In this document: positions 8,197 to 17,207 of the stretch, one piece after another | How positions within the stretch are numbered: position 1 is the first letter of the stretch | How the letters are laid out: every line of letters begins with the position of its first letter | Position numbers and translations under genes: made by a program | Assembly: GCA_043746695.1 (NCBI GenBank) | Contig: JAYTQM010000830.1 | Span: 1-59,244 of the forward strand | Length of the DNA stretch: 59,244 nucleotides | Origin: Planctomyces sp. | GTDB taxonomy: Bacteria; Planctomycetota; Planctomycetia; Planctomycetales; Planctomycetaceae | Reading direction: 5' to 3' | The notes under the pieces: generated by a model | The model's database searches: none | Seen by the model: only the letters and a program-made list of their open reading frames with translations | What the model was told of the DNA's origin: nothing

Positions 8197-8227
8197 TTGG
8201 TGGACATCGCTTGTTTGAGGACTTGGC

Positions 8228-9796
8228 TCACGAAAACGAACGTGGGGTTGAATCGTTGCTGTTCGTGACGTGACGTGATTGGCGCGGTAGGCGATGAGTG
8301 GTCGTCGCTTCTTTCCGGCGGGATTGGCTGTTGTCTGAGGGCAGGATTTGTTTGAGGAACTGGGGCAGGTCACTGCGGCCACCGCGTTGGTAGTCAGTGA
8401 GCAACACCTTGGCGGTCGGCTCTGCCAGAAGGTCACGTTCACTCGTCAGATAATCAAACAGCAACTCGGCGAGCTTGGCCAGCGGAATGCCAGCGAATCG
8501 ACCAAGGCGATCGTGTAACCACGCACTCAATTTCCAGAGCGACCAAAACGGCGATTGATCGCGCCACAGCAGCGGCAGTGTCTCCACAAAGTTACCGCTG
8601 TTGCCGAGCAAGTCCCACACGCGAGCAAACCGACGGACTCGACCAAGTGTTTCAGCGGTCATCGCGCCAGTGGAGAGAACTTCGTAAGGAGCATGTGGGC
8701 TGTAAACCATTTTCTCGGTCGCGTCATGTCGGATGATCGGCGTGCCACGCAGTCGCTTGAGAATGCCGACTTGAATCTCTTGCGGCTGCAAGGCGATCAA
8801 ACGATCGAACCCGTCGGCGAAACTTTCAAGCGGTTCACCGGGCAAACCCGCGATGAGGTCGGCATGAATGTGAACTCCGGTTTGTTCCCGAAGGAACTGA
8901 AAGTTCGCGGCAAGTTGTGCATTGTCCTGTCGTCGGCTGATGAGGTCCGCGACGTGATCGCTGAAGGTCTGCACGCCGACTTCAAACTGCAACACGCCAG
9001 GGGGGAACTGGACGATCAACTCACGCAACGCTTCAGGGAGTCGGTCGGGGATCATCTCGAAATGCAGAAAGAGATCCGGCTGCATTCGCTCCAAGAAGAA
9101 CTGCAAGATCGAGCGGCTGACGCGCGGATTCAAATTGAAGGTTCGATCGACAAACTTGAAGACACGACAGCCGCGATCTAACAACGACTGCATCGCATTC
9201 AAGAATGGTTCGAGCGGAAATTGACGAACCGGAATATCGAGCGCAGACAGACAGAATTCGCACGTGAAGGGACAACCGCGCGAGGCTTCGACGTAGATCA
9301 CTCGATGTGCGATGTCGTGATCCGAATACAGGTCATACGGCAAAACCAAGTCATCCAACCGTGGGATTTCCGGCACGATGATTTTTGTTTCTGGTCGGTG
9401 GCCAGCGAGCAACTCGCGACAAAGACGAGCGAACGCCAAATCCCCTTCGCCGGTGATGACGTAATCAGCCATCGCGACGATCGGCTGCTCGTCAAATTCA
9501 AAACTCACTTCCGGCCCGCCGAGCACAACAATAATGTCCGGCCGCAGTCGTTTCAGATCGGCAACGAGCCGTGTCGTTTGGTCGATGTTCCAGATGTAAA
9601 CCCCGATGCCGATGATCTTCGGCGAGGCCGTCAAAATAGCATCGAGCACTTCCAGCGTCAGATCATTGATCGTGAACTCAAGCAACGCGGCCCGGTCGCG
9701 AAGCTCACCCAAATTGGCCAGCAGATACCGCAACCCGAATGCACAATGCGGGTATTTGGCGTTCAACGTCGTCAGCAGGATTTCAGGCGGAGTCAT
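8228..9796 (-). CDS. B12-binding domain-containing radical SAM protein (DUF4080-type C-terminus)
   Basis: N-terminal B12-binding-like domain, then the [11 protein letters not shown] radical SAM cluster motif and a long C-terminal extension. Start is ATG at 9796 or GTG at 9805. Confidence 0.85.
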   Translation of the reverse strand: MTPPEILLTTLNAKYPHCAFGLRYLLANLGELRDRAALLEFTINDLTLEVLDAILTASPKIIGIGVYIWNIDQTTRLVADLKRLRPDIIVVLGGPEVSFEFDEQPIVAMADYVITGEGDLAFARLCRELLAGHRPETKIIVPEIPRLDDLVLPYDLYSDHDIAHRVIYVEASRGCPFTCEFCLSALDIPVRQFPLEPFLNAMQSLLDRGCRVFKFVDRTFNLNPRVSRSILQFFLERMQPDLFLHFEMIPDRLPEALRELIVQFPPGVLQFEVGVQTFSDHVADLISRRQDNAQLAANFQFLREQTGVHIHADLIAGLPGEPLESFADGFDRLIALQPQEIQVGILKRLRGTPIIRHDATEKMVYSPHAPYEVLSTGAMTAETLGRVRRFARVWDLLGNSGNFVETLPLLWRDQSPFWSLWKLSAWLHDRLGRFAGIPLAKLAELLFDYLTSERDLLAEPTAKVLLTDYQRGGRSDLPQFLKQILPSDNSQSRRKEATTTHRLPRQSRHVTNSNDSTPRSFS

Positions 9797-9980
9797 GAGT
9801 GGCACTGTAGCGAATCAAGCTCCGCCGCACTTGCCTCATCGGCGTCAACCAATCATTTATGAATTAGGACCGATCTCACGCGTCTCACCCCTCTGATAGC
9901 CAAGACCACAAGAAGACTTTGGCGAATTCAATCAGAGGAATGAAAGAAAGACAGTGGGATGAGGAGCTTTCAGCGAAAAA

Positions 9981-10226
9981 TTATCGCGGCAACTCGGACC
10001 AGCCGGAGTCCTCGAATGAGTCATGGTCGTCGGTCACGAGGTCCACTCGCAGCATGGAGGCGTCGCCGTCAATGTCCATGAGACGCAGAACTCGGTCGCC
10101 GATTCGCACGGAGTCTCCCACATTCAAAAGCATCTCGACCAACGGTCGTTCGTCGGTAAACGAATCGGGATTGTGTGAGTCATTCGGCACGAGGCATCTC
10201 CGAGCAAGCGTGGCGAGAAGTCGCAT
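9981..10226 (-). CDS. small hypothetical protein with acidic tail (weak CsrA-like strand pattern)
   Basis: Codon usage looks coding. MLLNVGDSVRIGDRVLRLMDIDGDASMLRV loosely resembles the CsrA pattern ML.L.R..GE.I.IGD.I...V....G..V.LGI but lacks the conserved ends. An alternative start at 10133 would give 50 aa. No SD. Confidence 0.3.
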   Translation of the reverse strand: MRLLATLARRCLVPNDSHNPDSFTDERPLVEMLLNVGDSVRIGDRVLRLMDIDGDASMLRVDLVTDDHDSFEDSGWSELPR

Positions 10227-10312
10227 TCGAGAGGACGTTGACCGCTTCGGTCGCGAAGGGAGGCGGACTATAGTCCCGGTTCACGAAACGAGGCAAACTG
10301 AGTTTTCAATCC

Positions 10313-11065
10313 ATGAATTCCCTGCAAATTATCCCTGTGCTCGACCTCTTGAACGGCGTCGTGGTGCGCGGTGTCGGCGGCCGACGAGATGAGTATCGTC
10401 CCATTGAAAGCGTGCTGACGACCTCAACCAAGCCAATGGACGTGGCTGTTGCCTTTCGCGAGATGTTTGGGCTGACGACGTTGTATGTGGCCGATTTGGA
10501 CGGGATCGTGCGACGCGAACCGAATCTGCAAACTCTTCGCGAACTCTGTGCGGCGGGCTTTGATATTTGGATCGACGCCGGAGTACGTGGGCTTGACGAA
10601 GCCCGTACGCTGCTGAATGCCGGAGCAACCAAAATCATTGCTGGTCTGGAGTCGCTGTCAGGGCCGGCGCTGCTCAGTTCGCTGATTAGCGAAGTCACGC
10701 CGGAACGAGTGATCTTCAGTTTGGATCTCAAGGCAGGTCGTCCGCTGATCGACTCGACCGCGAACTGGCCTGACGAATCGGCAATGGGGATTGCTCGCTC
10801 CGCGATTCAAGCGGGAGTGACGCAGATGATCGTGCTCGATCTCATCAGCGTGGGGGAGCAAGCTGGGCCGAGCACGCTCAGTCTCTGCGACGAGATTCGC
10901 GGTCTCTCACCACAAATGACATTGATCACCGGCGGCGGCATTCGCGGGGCGGATGATTTGCGAACGCTGCATTCGCGAGCGATCGACGGTGTCTTAGTTG
11001 CGACAGCATTACACAACGGCTCGCTGAGTCACGAGCCATCAAATTCTGTCGTCCAGAAATCATGA
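10313..11065 (+). CDS. HisA/HisF-related TIM-barrel protein
   Basis: IIPVLDLLNGVVVRGVGGRRDEYRPI, LYVADLDG and the C-terminal GGGIR..DDL..L motifs are typical of the HisA/HisF fold. There is no other his gene nearby. Confidence 0.75.
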   Translation: MNSLQIIPVLDLLNGVVVRGVGGRRDEYRPIESVLTTSTKPMDVAVAFREMFGLTTLYVADLDGIVRREPNLQTLRELCAAGFDIWIDAGVRGLDEARTLLNAGATKIIAGLESLSGPALLSSLISEVTPERVIFSLDLKAGRPLIDSTANWPDESAMGIARSAIQAGVTQMIVLDLISVGEQAGPSTLSLCDEIRGLSPQMTLITGGGIRGADDLRTLHSRAIDGVLVATALHNGSLSHEPSNSVVQKS

Positions 11066-11336
11066 ATGAGCGGCGCAAATCGCACTTGTTCGCCTCCGTG
11101 TCTTCCGTGTTGTCCGTGTCCAATTTTCATGGCGACAGAAGATGTGGGACACCTATTCGCTGCCTGATTGGGATTCGCAGTCTTCGTTTCCCAGATTTTT
11201 CTGGCTCATCCGCCTAAAGCGTACATGGGGCAGTACCACCGTGGATTGACCCGCGCGCTTGAGTCGGATGAACCATTCTTGATGACGCGGCACCGATAAA
11301 CGGCAACATGAATCGTCATCGACTCTGAAAAGCCAA

Positions 11337-11366
11337 GAGGCTCGGCTTTTGGGAAAGCCGAGCCTC
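11337..11366. terminator. Strong hairpin, candidate bidirectional terminator
   Basis: GAGGCTCGGCTTT, loop TGGG, AAAGCCGAGCCTC: a perfect 13-bp stem between convergent genes, with T-rich tracts on both sides. Confidence 0.55.
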
Positions 11367-11393
11367 ATTTGGTCATTCTGAAAACATTGCTCA

Positions 11394-13490
11394 CTATTTG
11401 GAGTCGGCTGATTTCTCAGCGTCTGTGGGCTTCGCCGCATCGCCCTCTTTCTTTTCAGCGTCGGGCTTGGCGTCTTCTTTCGCAGGCTCTTCCTTTTTCT
11501 CGTCAGTTGGCTTGGGTTTGTCGTCCTTCTTCGTTTCTTCTGGCTTTGCGTCGTCCTTCGTTTCTGCTTTCTCTTCCGACGTTTTTTCCAAGGTCTTTTC
11601 TTTAGCCTTGATCAAGCTGGCTCGGTTGAGACGGAGCTTGTCAAAGCTGTCGTTGGAGATCACGTAGTACCAGTCGGCAAAGCGGTCGTTGAGTTCTTTG
11701 ACCTTTTGCTTTCCCGTTTCGATCTTAGATTCGCGAAGTTTGACCTCTGTGTTGTAGCGGCCTTTTTCAGCGTCGTAGCGTTTGAGTGCATCAATGTATT
11801 CGGCCTTCAGATCGCGCTTCGGTTCTTCCTTCTTTTCTTCTGGCTTCTTTTCTTCAGCAGGCTTCGTTTCGGCTGGCTTGTCGTCCGCAGCTTTCTTCTC
11901 GGCCTTGTCGTCGGTCTTGGGTTTGTCTTCTTTGGTTTCTGCGGGAGCGTCCTGCTTGTCTTCGTCCTGTTTCACTGCAGATTCTGCTTTGGCCTCTTCG
12001 GACGCGGCGACCTTGTCGTCTCCCTTGGCTCCTTCAGGCTTATCGGTCTTGTCGTCAGCAGTTGGTTTTTCCTCTTTGGTGTCCTTGTCATCGGACGTTT
12101 TCTCGTCAGCCTTTTTCTCTTCGGGCTTCGTGTCGGATTCCGGCTTCTCAGACTTCTTGTCTGCATCCTTCTTTTCGTCTGTGTCCTTCTTCGCGTCCCC
12201 GTCTGATTTCAAATCGGCGGGAGCTTCGACGCCTGGAGGCGGCTCTGGCTTCACAGGTTCAGTAGGAGGTTCGCCCAACAGCTTTTCGTCGAACTCAGCG
12301 CGAACGAACAAGTAGCGACTCTTCTTTTGAGCGTCCGCCTTGTCCTTGCCAACTTTCTTCTTGCTTGCTTCACCCTCTTTGGGCTCTTCTTTGCTACCGG
12401 TTTCAATCTCTTCGTCAGTACCCGTAAAGACGCTGCCAAAGGTGAGGCGATAGACGATGCCGTCCTTGGTAGACGAAGTGAGTTCACCTTCGCGAGACAC
12501 GATCTGTCGTTCCCCGCCTTCGCCTTTACCGAGAAAGAAGCCTTTTTCGCGGAGGTTGCTCTGAACGAACTCCACGACTTCGTTCCGAATCTGCGGATTG
12601 GCGGCGAGTTCCTTGGGGAGTTGAATCTTGAGGTCAGCATTAAGAACGGGCTGCCCTTTGAAGGCGGGCTTAGGACGCACGCCGACCAAGCGCAGGTCGC
12701 TAAGAGTGGTCACCATCGTGTTGATTTCTTCGGTCTTCAGTTCTTCGGTGGCTTCGTCGTTCCCGGCTAACTTCCAGGGATCGGCCGACTTTTCGCGGTC
12801 GAGTTCCACGATTTCGACACCTTCGAGTTCGTCCTGATCGTTGTACTTAGGCTGCGACGCGCGGAGCTTGACCAAGTCGACACCGTTGAGCTTGAGCAAA
12901 TTGGTTTCGGCCCAATCGGCAAACTTAGTGGAGACATCGAACCTCATCGCGATGACGTAAACTTTCTGCTCGTCGGCCTTCCGCACATAGCGTTTGTCAT
13001 CGCTCCCTTCGACCTTCTTACCGATGATAAAGTCGGCCAGTGCGGTGTCACCTTTCTCGAACAGGGTGATGCGTGAACCACGTCCTTTGAGGGCGGTATT
13101 CTTTTCATCCAAAGGATCGATCACGCCGAGCCGTTCGTGATCTGCGGTGCGTTGCGTCATCAGCGAACCGCGTTTCAGGCTAATCACCGAAGCGGCTGCC
13201 TTCGCGAGTTGATCTTTGCCGTCGGCGGGATAGTCGTTGTGAGACTTGATCCGCCAGCCGTCTTTGTTGACGACAGTGAAGTCCTTGGCAACAGCGGTCT
13301 CGTCGTCAAAGGTGACGACGCGAATGGCCGAGGCTTTCGACGGATCGGTGAACTCCGGGAAAAAGTCCTTGCCGAACTCACCATGCTCAGCGAGCTTTTT
13401 CGGCTTCGTAAATTCACTGGCGGTATAAGCGAGTCCCGTCGAAACGATCGCGGCGACGACAAACACAAGAGTGCGTTGCAGAGAGTTCAT
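11394..13490 (-). CDS. DUF4340 domain-containing protein with long K/E/D/P-rich disordered regions
   Basis: N-terminal TM segment (LVFVVAAIVSTGLAY). Sits downstream of a GldG-type gene, as DUF4340 genes usually do. Start ATG at 13490 with GGAG 7 nt upstream. Confidence 0.8.
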   Translation of the reverse strand: MNSLQRTLVFVVAAIVSTGLAYTASEFTKPKKLAEHGEFGKDFFPEFTDPSKASAIRVVTFDDETAVAKDFTVVNKDGWRIKSHNDYPADGKDQLAKAAASVISLKRGSLMTQRTADHERLGVIDPLDEKNTALKGRGSRITLFEKGDTALADFIIGKKVEGSDDKRYVRKADEQKVYVIAMRFDVSTKFADWAETNLLKLNGVDLVKLRASQPKYNDQDELEGVEIVELDREKSADPWKLAGNDEATEELKTEEINTMVTTLSDLRLVGVRPKPAFKGQPVLNADLKIQLPKELAANPQIRNEVVEFVQSNLREKGFFLGKGEGGERQIVSREGELTSSTKDGIVYRLTFGSVFTGTDEEIETGSKEEPKEGEASKKKVGKDKADAQKKSRYLFVRAEFDEKLLGEPPTEPVKPEPPPGVEAPADLKSDGDAKKDTDEKKDADKKSEKPESDTKPEEKKADEKTSDDKDTKEEKPTADDKTDKPEGAKGDDKVAASEEAKAESAVKQDEDKQDAPAETKEDKPKTDDKAEKKAADDKPAETKPAEEKKPEEKKEEPKRDLKAEYIDALKRYDAEKGRYNTEVKLRESKIETGKQKVKELNDRFADWYYVISNDSFDKLRLNRASLIKAKEKTLEKTSEEKAETKDDAKPEETKKDDKPKPTDEKKEEPAKEDAKPDAEKKEGDAAKPTDAEKSADSK

Positions 13491-13566
13491 AGCGGTTCTC
13501 CGTCGTGCGACGGTCATCAATCTAAGGAGGTTAAATGAATCCGGGCGAACATCAGTCAGACAAGTT

Positions 13567-16245
13567 TCAGCGTTTCACAAGCCGATCCGCTTCGACGTTG
13601 CGGTACTCGGCGTTGATCCGAGCGGACAGCACGATGATTCCCAACACGATCGCTGGAATGGGCGGAATGAAGATCGCCCACCAACGCATCCGGTCTTCGT
13701 AGGCTCGCATTTTTTGTTGGGTAACGATCGAGATGCGTTCGATCTCTTGGTTCTTCTTCTGCTCGATGTTGGCTTGCACCACATTGAGCTTGCGCTGTTC
13801 GGATTCACGAGCGATCTCGATCTTTTGGCGTCGTTGAGCCGGTGTCATCGACGTGTCATTTTCAATTTGCTCGATGATCTTCTTCAGTCGTTCTTGCGCC
13901 TTTTCAAGTTGCTCGACCGCATCACCTTCGGCTTTGCCACGCTCTTTGACTTGATCTTTGCGGAACTCATCCGCGACCTGTTGCATGGCAGTCAGCGTGC
14001 GGAGTTGAGCGCGGCGTTTGCGAAGGTCGATGTAGGATTTTTCGCCGGCTAAGAGGTCCACGCAGTTGAGTGCAAACTTCACATTGTCGATCCGCAGGTT
14101 TTGGAACTGCTGTTGGAACTCAATGTTGAAAAGCTGGTTGCTGATGAGGTCGGCATCGGCGACGAAAATGACATTGATTCCCTTGTGGTCTTTCGCATCT
14201 TTGCTCGTGATGTGAGCCGCCAAGGTGTAGGAATCATCGGTGATTTTTCGTGGCGGATTTTGGTTAATCTCAATCCCTTGTCCGAACTGACCACCGGATT
14301 TCGTGATCTCACCCCATTCCAGCGACCCTGACTTTTTCGGCGTTGAACGGAGTAACGCCTCGAATTTGAATTCGCTCCCTTGGCGTTGCTTCAAGTTGCC
14401 GGGAAAGAATGCCAGGACTTCTTGCAATTCAGAAGTTGCGGGACTGGTCGGCGAAAACGCCGTCTTGTGATCTTTTCGTGAACTCACAAAAACGAGTTCC
14501 GGTGGAATCTGGCCGAACTCAGGATGAATTTGAGTACCGCTGATGTCGAAGATGACTTCGCCATTGTCCCAAGAGCACTCCATAACTCGCAGTAACGAAG
14601 TCAGCTTGCCGTCCTCAGCCTTCGGCTCCGGCTGTTGATTGAAGCCGCCGAACATTCCGCCTGGTTTTGGTTTTGGCAATCGGGGAGCCATTTGTCCTGC
14701 GCCGTCGAAAATCGGCAACGGATCGTCGAAGACGAGTGTGGGCTTGCCCTTCTTGACGTAGTCTACGAAGTTTTGCATTTGCGACGGGTTCAAAGAAGAG
14801 GGCATGACGGCCATCAGCACGTCGTACTTGCCTTCGTCGATCGGTGTGTCGGCAGAGACTTCTTCGACGCGATATTGCTTCTTCAATTCGGTCTGAATTC
14901 GCCATTCGGACAATTGCCGCATGGCCTGCATGTCGAAGCCGCCAGTGACGTGCGCGTCGGTACGAAGAACCCCGACTGTCAGTCGTTTTTCCGTAGCAAC
15001 GGTGCGAATCGAGCGAGTCAGTTCGTATTCGATGGAAGTCCCCGCTTCAAACATCGGCACGACCACTTCGTCAGTCGGGCTGCTGATGACGACGCCCATG
15101 TAGATGATCTGCGAACTACGGCGACCGTCTTCTTCGGTGAAGGCTTGGATCGGCGTGATCCCCAGCAGTTTGGCTTCTTCTGCTTCTTGGCTGAACGGTG
15201 CGACGTCCACAAATCGGACTTCCAGAAGTGCGCCACCTTCGCGGTCGTATTGTCGCAACAGGCCCTTCAGACGCTTCTGAATCATGACCTGCTCACGCGG
15301 AACTTCCGCCGTGATGAAGGCTTGAATGGTGACCGGGTGAGTGGCATCGATCTTTTTGATCAAATCGCGTGTCGTCGGTGAGAGTGTGAAGAGATGCTCG
15401 CTCGTCAGGTCCGCGCTCACCGGGAACGGAAACGCCTCGCTGACTCGAACCGCCAAGACGTTGACGCTGATCAACGTCGTCATCAAGCAGACTCCGCGAA
15501 TCCAAAATTGCACTCCCATCGTCGCGCCGTCAGGCCCACCACTCCAGTGCCGCTTGCCAATGAAGATCGAATTCAAATACAGCAAGAATCCAGTCAGAGA
15601 GAGAAAGTAGATCACACTCGTCAGTGGAATCAGTCCCAAGTTGTATTCACGCATCTGCTCCGTCAGGCTCAGTGCCGCGAATGCCGGGTGAGCCGTGGAC
15701 AGCTTCCCGATGAAGATCGGGATCGCACAAAAAACGACACCCAACACGAACGAAACTGTGACACTGCTGGTCAACACTGACGCAAACATGCCTGCCGCCA
15801 ACAATGCTCCGCCAGCCAGCCAGTAGCCGAAGTAAGTCGTGCAGAGCAGACCCCAATCGGGATCGGCGTAGTATTCGAGCATCACCAAGTTGAAACCTGA
15901 AAAGACCAACGCGACGGTGAAGACCGCCAGCATCGACAGGTACTTGCCGAGCAGAATCTCAAAGTCAGCCGCCGGCAACGTGAAGAGCAACTCGTCGGTC
16001 CCTTGTCGCTTCTCCTCGGCCCACGACGTCATCGTCACTGCGGGCACAATGAAGAGCAGCAGTAACGGGAAATACTCGCTGAGTTGATCTAGCGTCGCGA
16101 GATTGTTCGTGAAGAACCGCGGGCTGAACGCTGCCGCCGCACAGGCGACGACGAAGACGACGATGAACAAATAACCGAGAATTCCCGAGAAGTAACTGGC
16201 GAGGTTCCGCCAGAAGACAGCTCTAATCACATGACTCTTCAGCAT
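13567..16245 (-). CDS. ABC-2 type permease (GldF-like) fused to GldG-like auxiliary domain
   Basis: About six N-terminal TM helices, a large extracytoplasmic domain, a coiled-coil stretch and a C-terminal TM anchor. Start ATG at 16245 with a GGGAGA SD. Confidence 0.85.
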   Translation of the reverse strand: MLKSHVIRAVFWRNLASYFSGILGYLFIVVFVVACAAAAFSPRFFTNNLATLDQLSEYFPLLLLFIVPAVTMTSWAEEKRQGTDELLFTLPAADFEILLGKYLSMLAVFTVALVFSGFNLVMLEYYADPDWGLLCTTYFGYWLAGGALLAAGMFASVLTSSVTVSFVLGVVFCAIPIFIGKLSTAHPAFAALSLTEQMREYNLGLIPLTSVIYFLSLTGFLLYLNSIFIGKRHWSGGPDGATMGVQFWIRGVCLMTTLISVNVLAVRVSEAFPFPVSADLTSEHLFTLSPTTRDLIKKIDATHPVTIQAFITAEVPREQVMIQKRLKGLLRQYDREGGALLEVRFVDVAPFSQEAEEAKLLGITPIQAFTEEDGRRSSQIIYMGVVISSPTDEVVVPMFEAGTSIEYELTRSIRTVATEKRLTVGVLRTDAHVTGGFDMQAMRQLSEWRIQTELKKQYRVEEVSADTPIDEGKYDVLMAVMPSSLNPSQMQNFVDYVKKGKPTLVFDDPLPIFDGAGQMAPRLPKPKPGGMFGGFNQQPEPKAEDGKLTSLLRVMECSWDNGEVIFDISGTQIHPEFGQIPPELVFVSSRKDHKTAFSPTSPATSELQEVLAFFPGNLKQRQGSEFKFEALLRSTPKKSGSLEWGEITKSGGQFGQGIEINQNPPRKITDDSYTLAAHITSKDAKDHKGINVIFVADADLISNQLFNIEFQQQFQNLRIDNVKFALNCVDLLAGEKSYIDLRKRRAQLRTLTAMQQVADEFRKDQVKERGKAEGDAVEQLEKAQERLKKIIEQIENDTSMTPAQRRQKIEIARESEQRKLNVVQANIEQKKNQEIERISIVTQQKMRAYEDRMRWWAIFIPPIPAIVLGIIVLSARINAEYRNVEADRLVKR

Positions 16246-16367
16246 GGTTTCTCCCAAGCTCTTTCTGACCGCAATACTGCGGATAATTTCCATTGACTCA
16301 AAAATCGCGAGGCCGAATTCGATAAGGAAACGCTTACGAATCGCGGCCCAATTTTTCTCGTCCCACA

Positions 16368-16426
16368 CTAGCCCGACGCGCAAGCGAGGGTTGTTCGCGG
16401 CACCCCTCGCTTGCGCGTCGGGCTAG
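16368..16426. repeat. CTAG-type hairpin family (family 5), intact copy
   Basis: CTAGCCCGACGCGCAAGCGAGGG, 13-nt loop, CCCTCGCTTGCGCGTCGGGCTAG: a perfect 23-bp stem. Lies inside the ABC operon spacer. Confidence 0.9.
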
Positions 16427-16454
16427 TTTGAAACGTCCAACCAGAATTTCTTCT

Positions 16455-17207
16455 TTACGTCATTCGTGCCTTCGTCAGTTCTCGGAATCGCTGTTCCATG
16501 TCGTGACCTTGCCCTTCCATTTCCTGGACCGAGCCATCGAACACAATTCTTCCCGCGCTGATCAGGACTACGCGGTCACAGCAGACCTGAACCTCTCGCA
16601 AAATGTGTGTTGAGAGCAGAATCGTTTTCGTTTTCGACAGGCTGTGAATGAGGTCGCGGACTTCATGCACTTGGTTTGGATCGAGACCACTGGTTGGTTC
16701 GTCCAAGATCAGAACTTCCGGATCGTGCAACAAAGCCTGAGCCATTCCGACTCGTTGTTTATAGCCGCGAGAGAGCTTGCCGATGGTTTTATTCCAGACA
16801 GTCTTCAGGGCACATTTTTGGGCCACAAAGTCCATTCGGCTGGCGAGGTATACTCCCGTCAGGCCACGTGCCATGCCCAAATATTCGAGCAGCGACTTGG
16901 GAGTCATCTCATGGTACAGCGGGCCGTTTTCTGGCAAATAGCCAATCAATTTGACCGCGTCCAACCGCTGAGTAGAGACATCAAAGCCACCGATCCGCGC
17001 CGAGCCTTCTGTGGGAGCTAGAAAGCCGGTGAGCATTTTCATCGTGGTTGATTTGCCCGCACCGTTTGGCCCCAAGAACGCGGCCACTTGGCCGCGTGGC
17101 ACGGAGAAGGTGACGTTTTGAGTGGCCGCGAACGGCCCGTAAAATTTGCTGAGTCCACAAGCTTCGATCATCATGTCGCCGCTGGCTTCGCCGCTGTTTT
17201 TGCTCAT
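16455..17207 (-). CDS. ABC transporter ATP-binding protein (GldA-like)
   Basis: Walker A GPNGAGKST, signature LSRGYKQR, Walker B LILDEPTSGLD. Confidence 0.93.
   Translation of the reverse strand: MSKNSGEASGDMMIEACGLSKFYGPFAATQNVTFSVPRGQVAAFLGPNGAGKSTTMKMLTGFLAPTEGSARIGGFDVSTQRLDAVKLIGYLPENGPLYHEMTPKSLLEYLGMARGLTGVYLASRMDFVAQKCALKTVWNKTIGKLSRGYKQRVGMAQALLHDPEVLILDEPTSGLDPNQVHEVRDLIHSLSKTKTILLSTHILREVQVCCDRVVLISAGRIVFDGSVQEMEGQGHDMEQRFRELTKARMT

Noticed and set aside
9797-9980. Looked for a cobalamin riboswitch upstream of the B12-binding radical SAM gene.
   Set aside because: I could not recognise a B12-box-like sequence or the characteristic conserved stems.
9919-10392. 157-aa plus-strand ORF between the radical SAM and HisA/HisF-like genes.
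   Set aside because: It is Ser/Arg-rich, overlaps the start of the HisA/HisF-like gene, and is antisense to the better-looking small ORF 9981-10226.
11706-12315. Three overlapping 159-177-aa F/L/S-rich ORFs on the plus strand.
   Set aside because: They are antisense to the K/E-rich low-complexity region of the DUF4340 gene; AAG/GAA repeats read as CTT/TTC.
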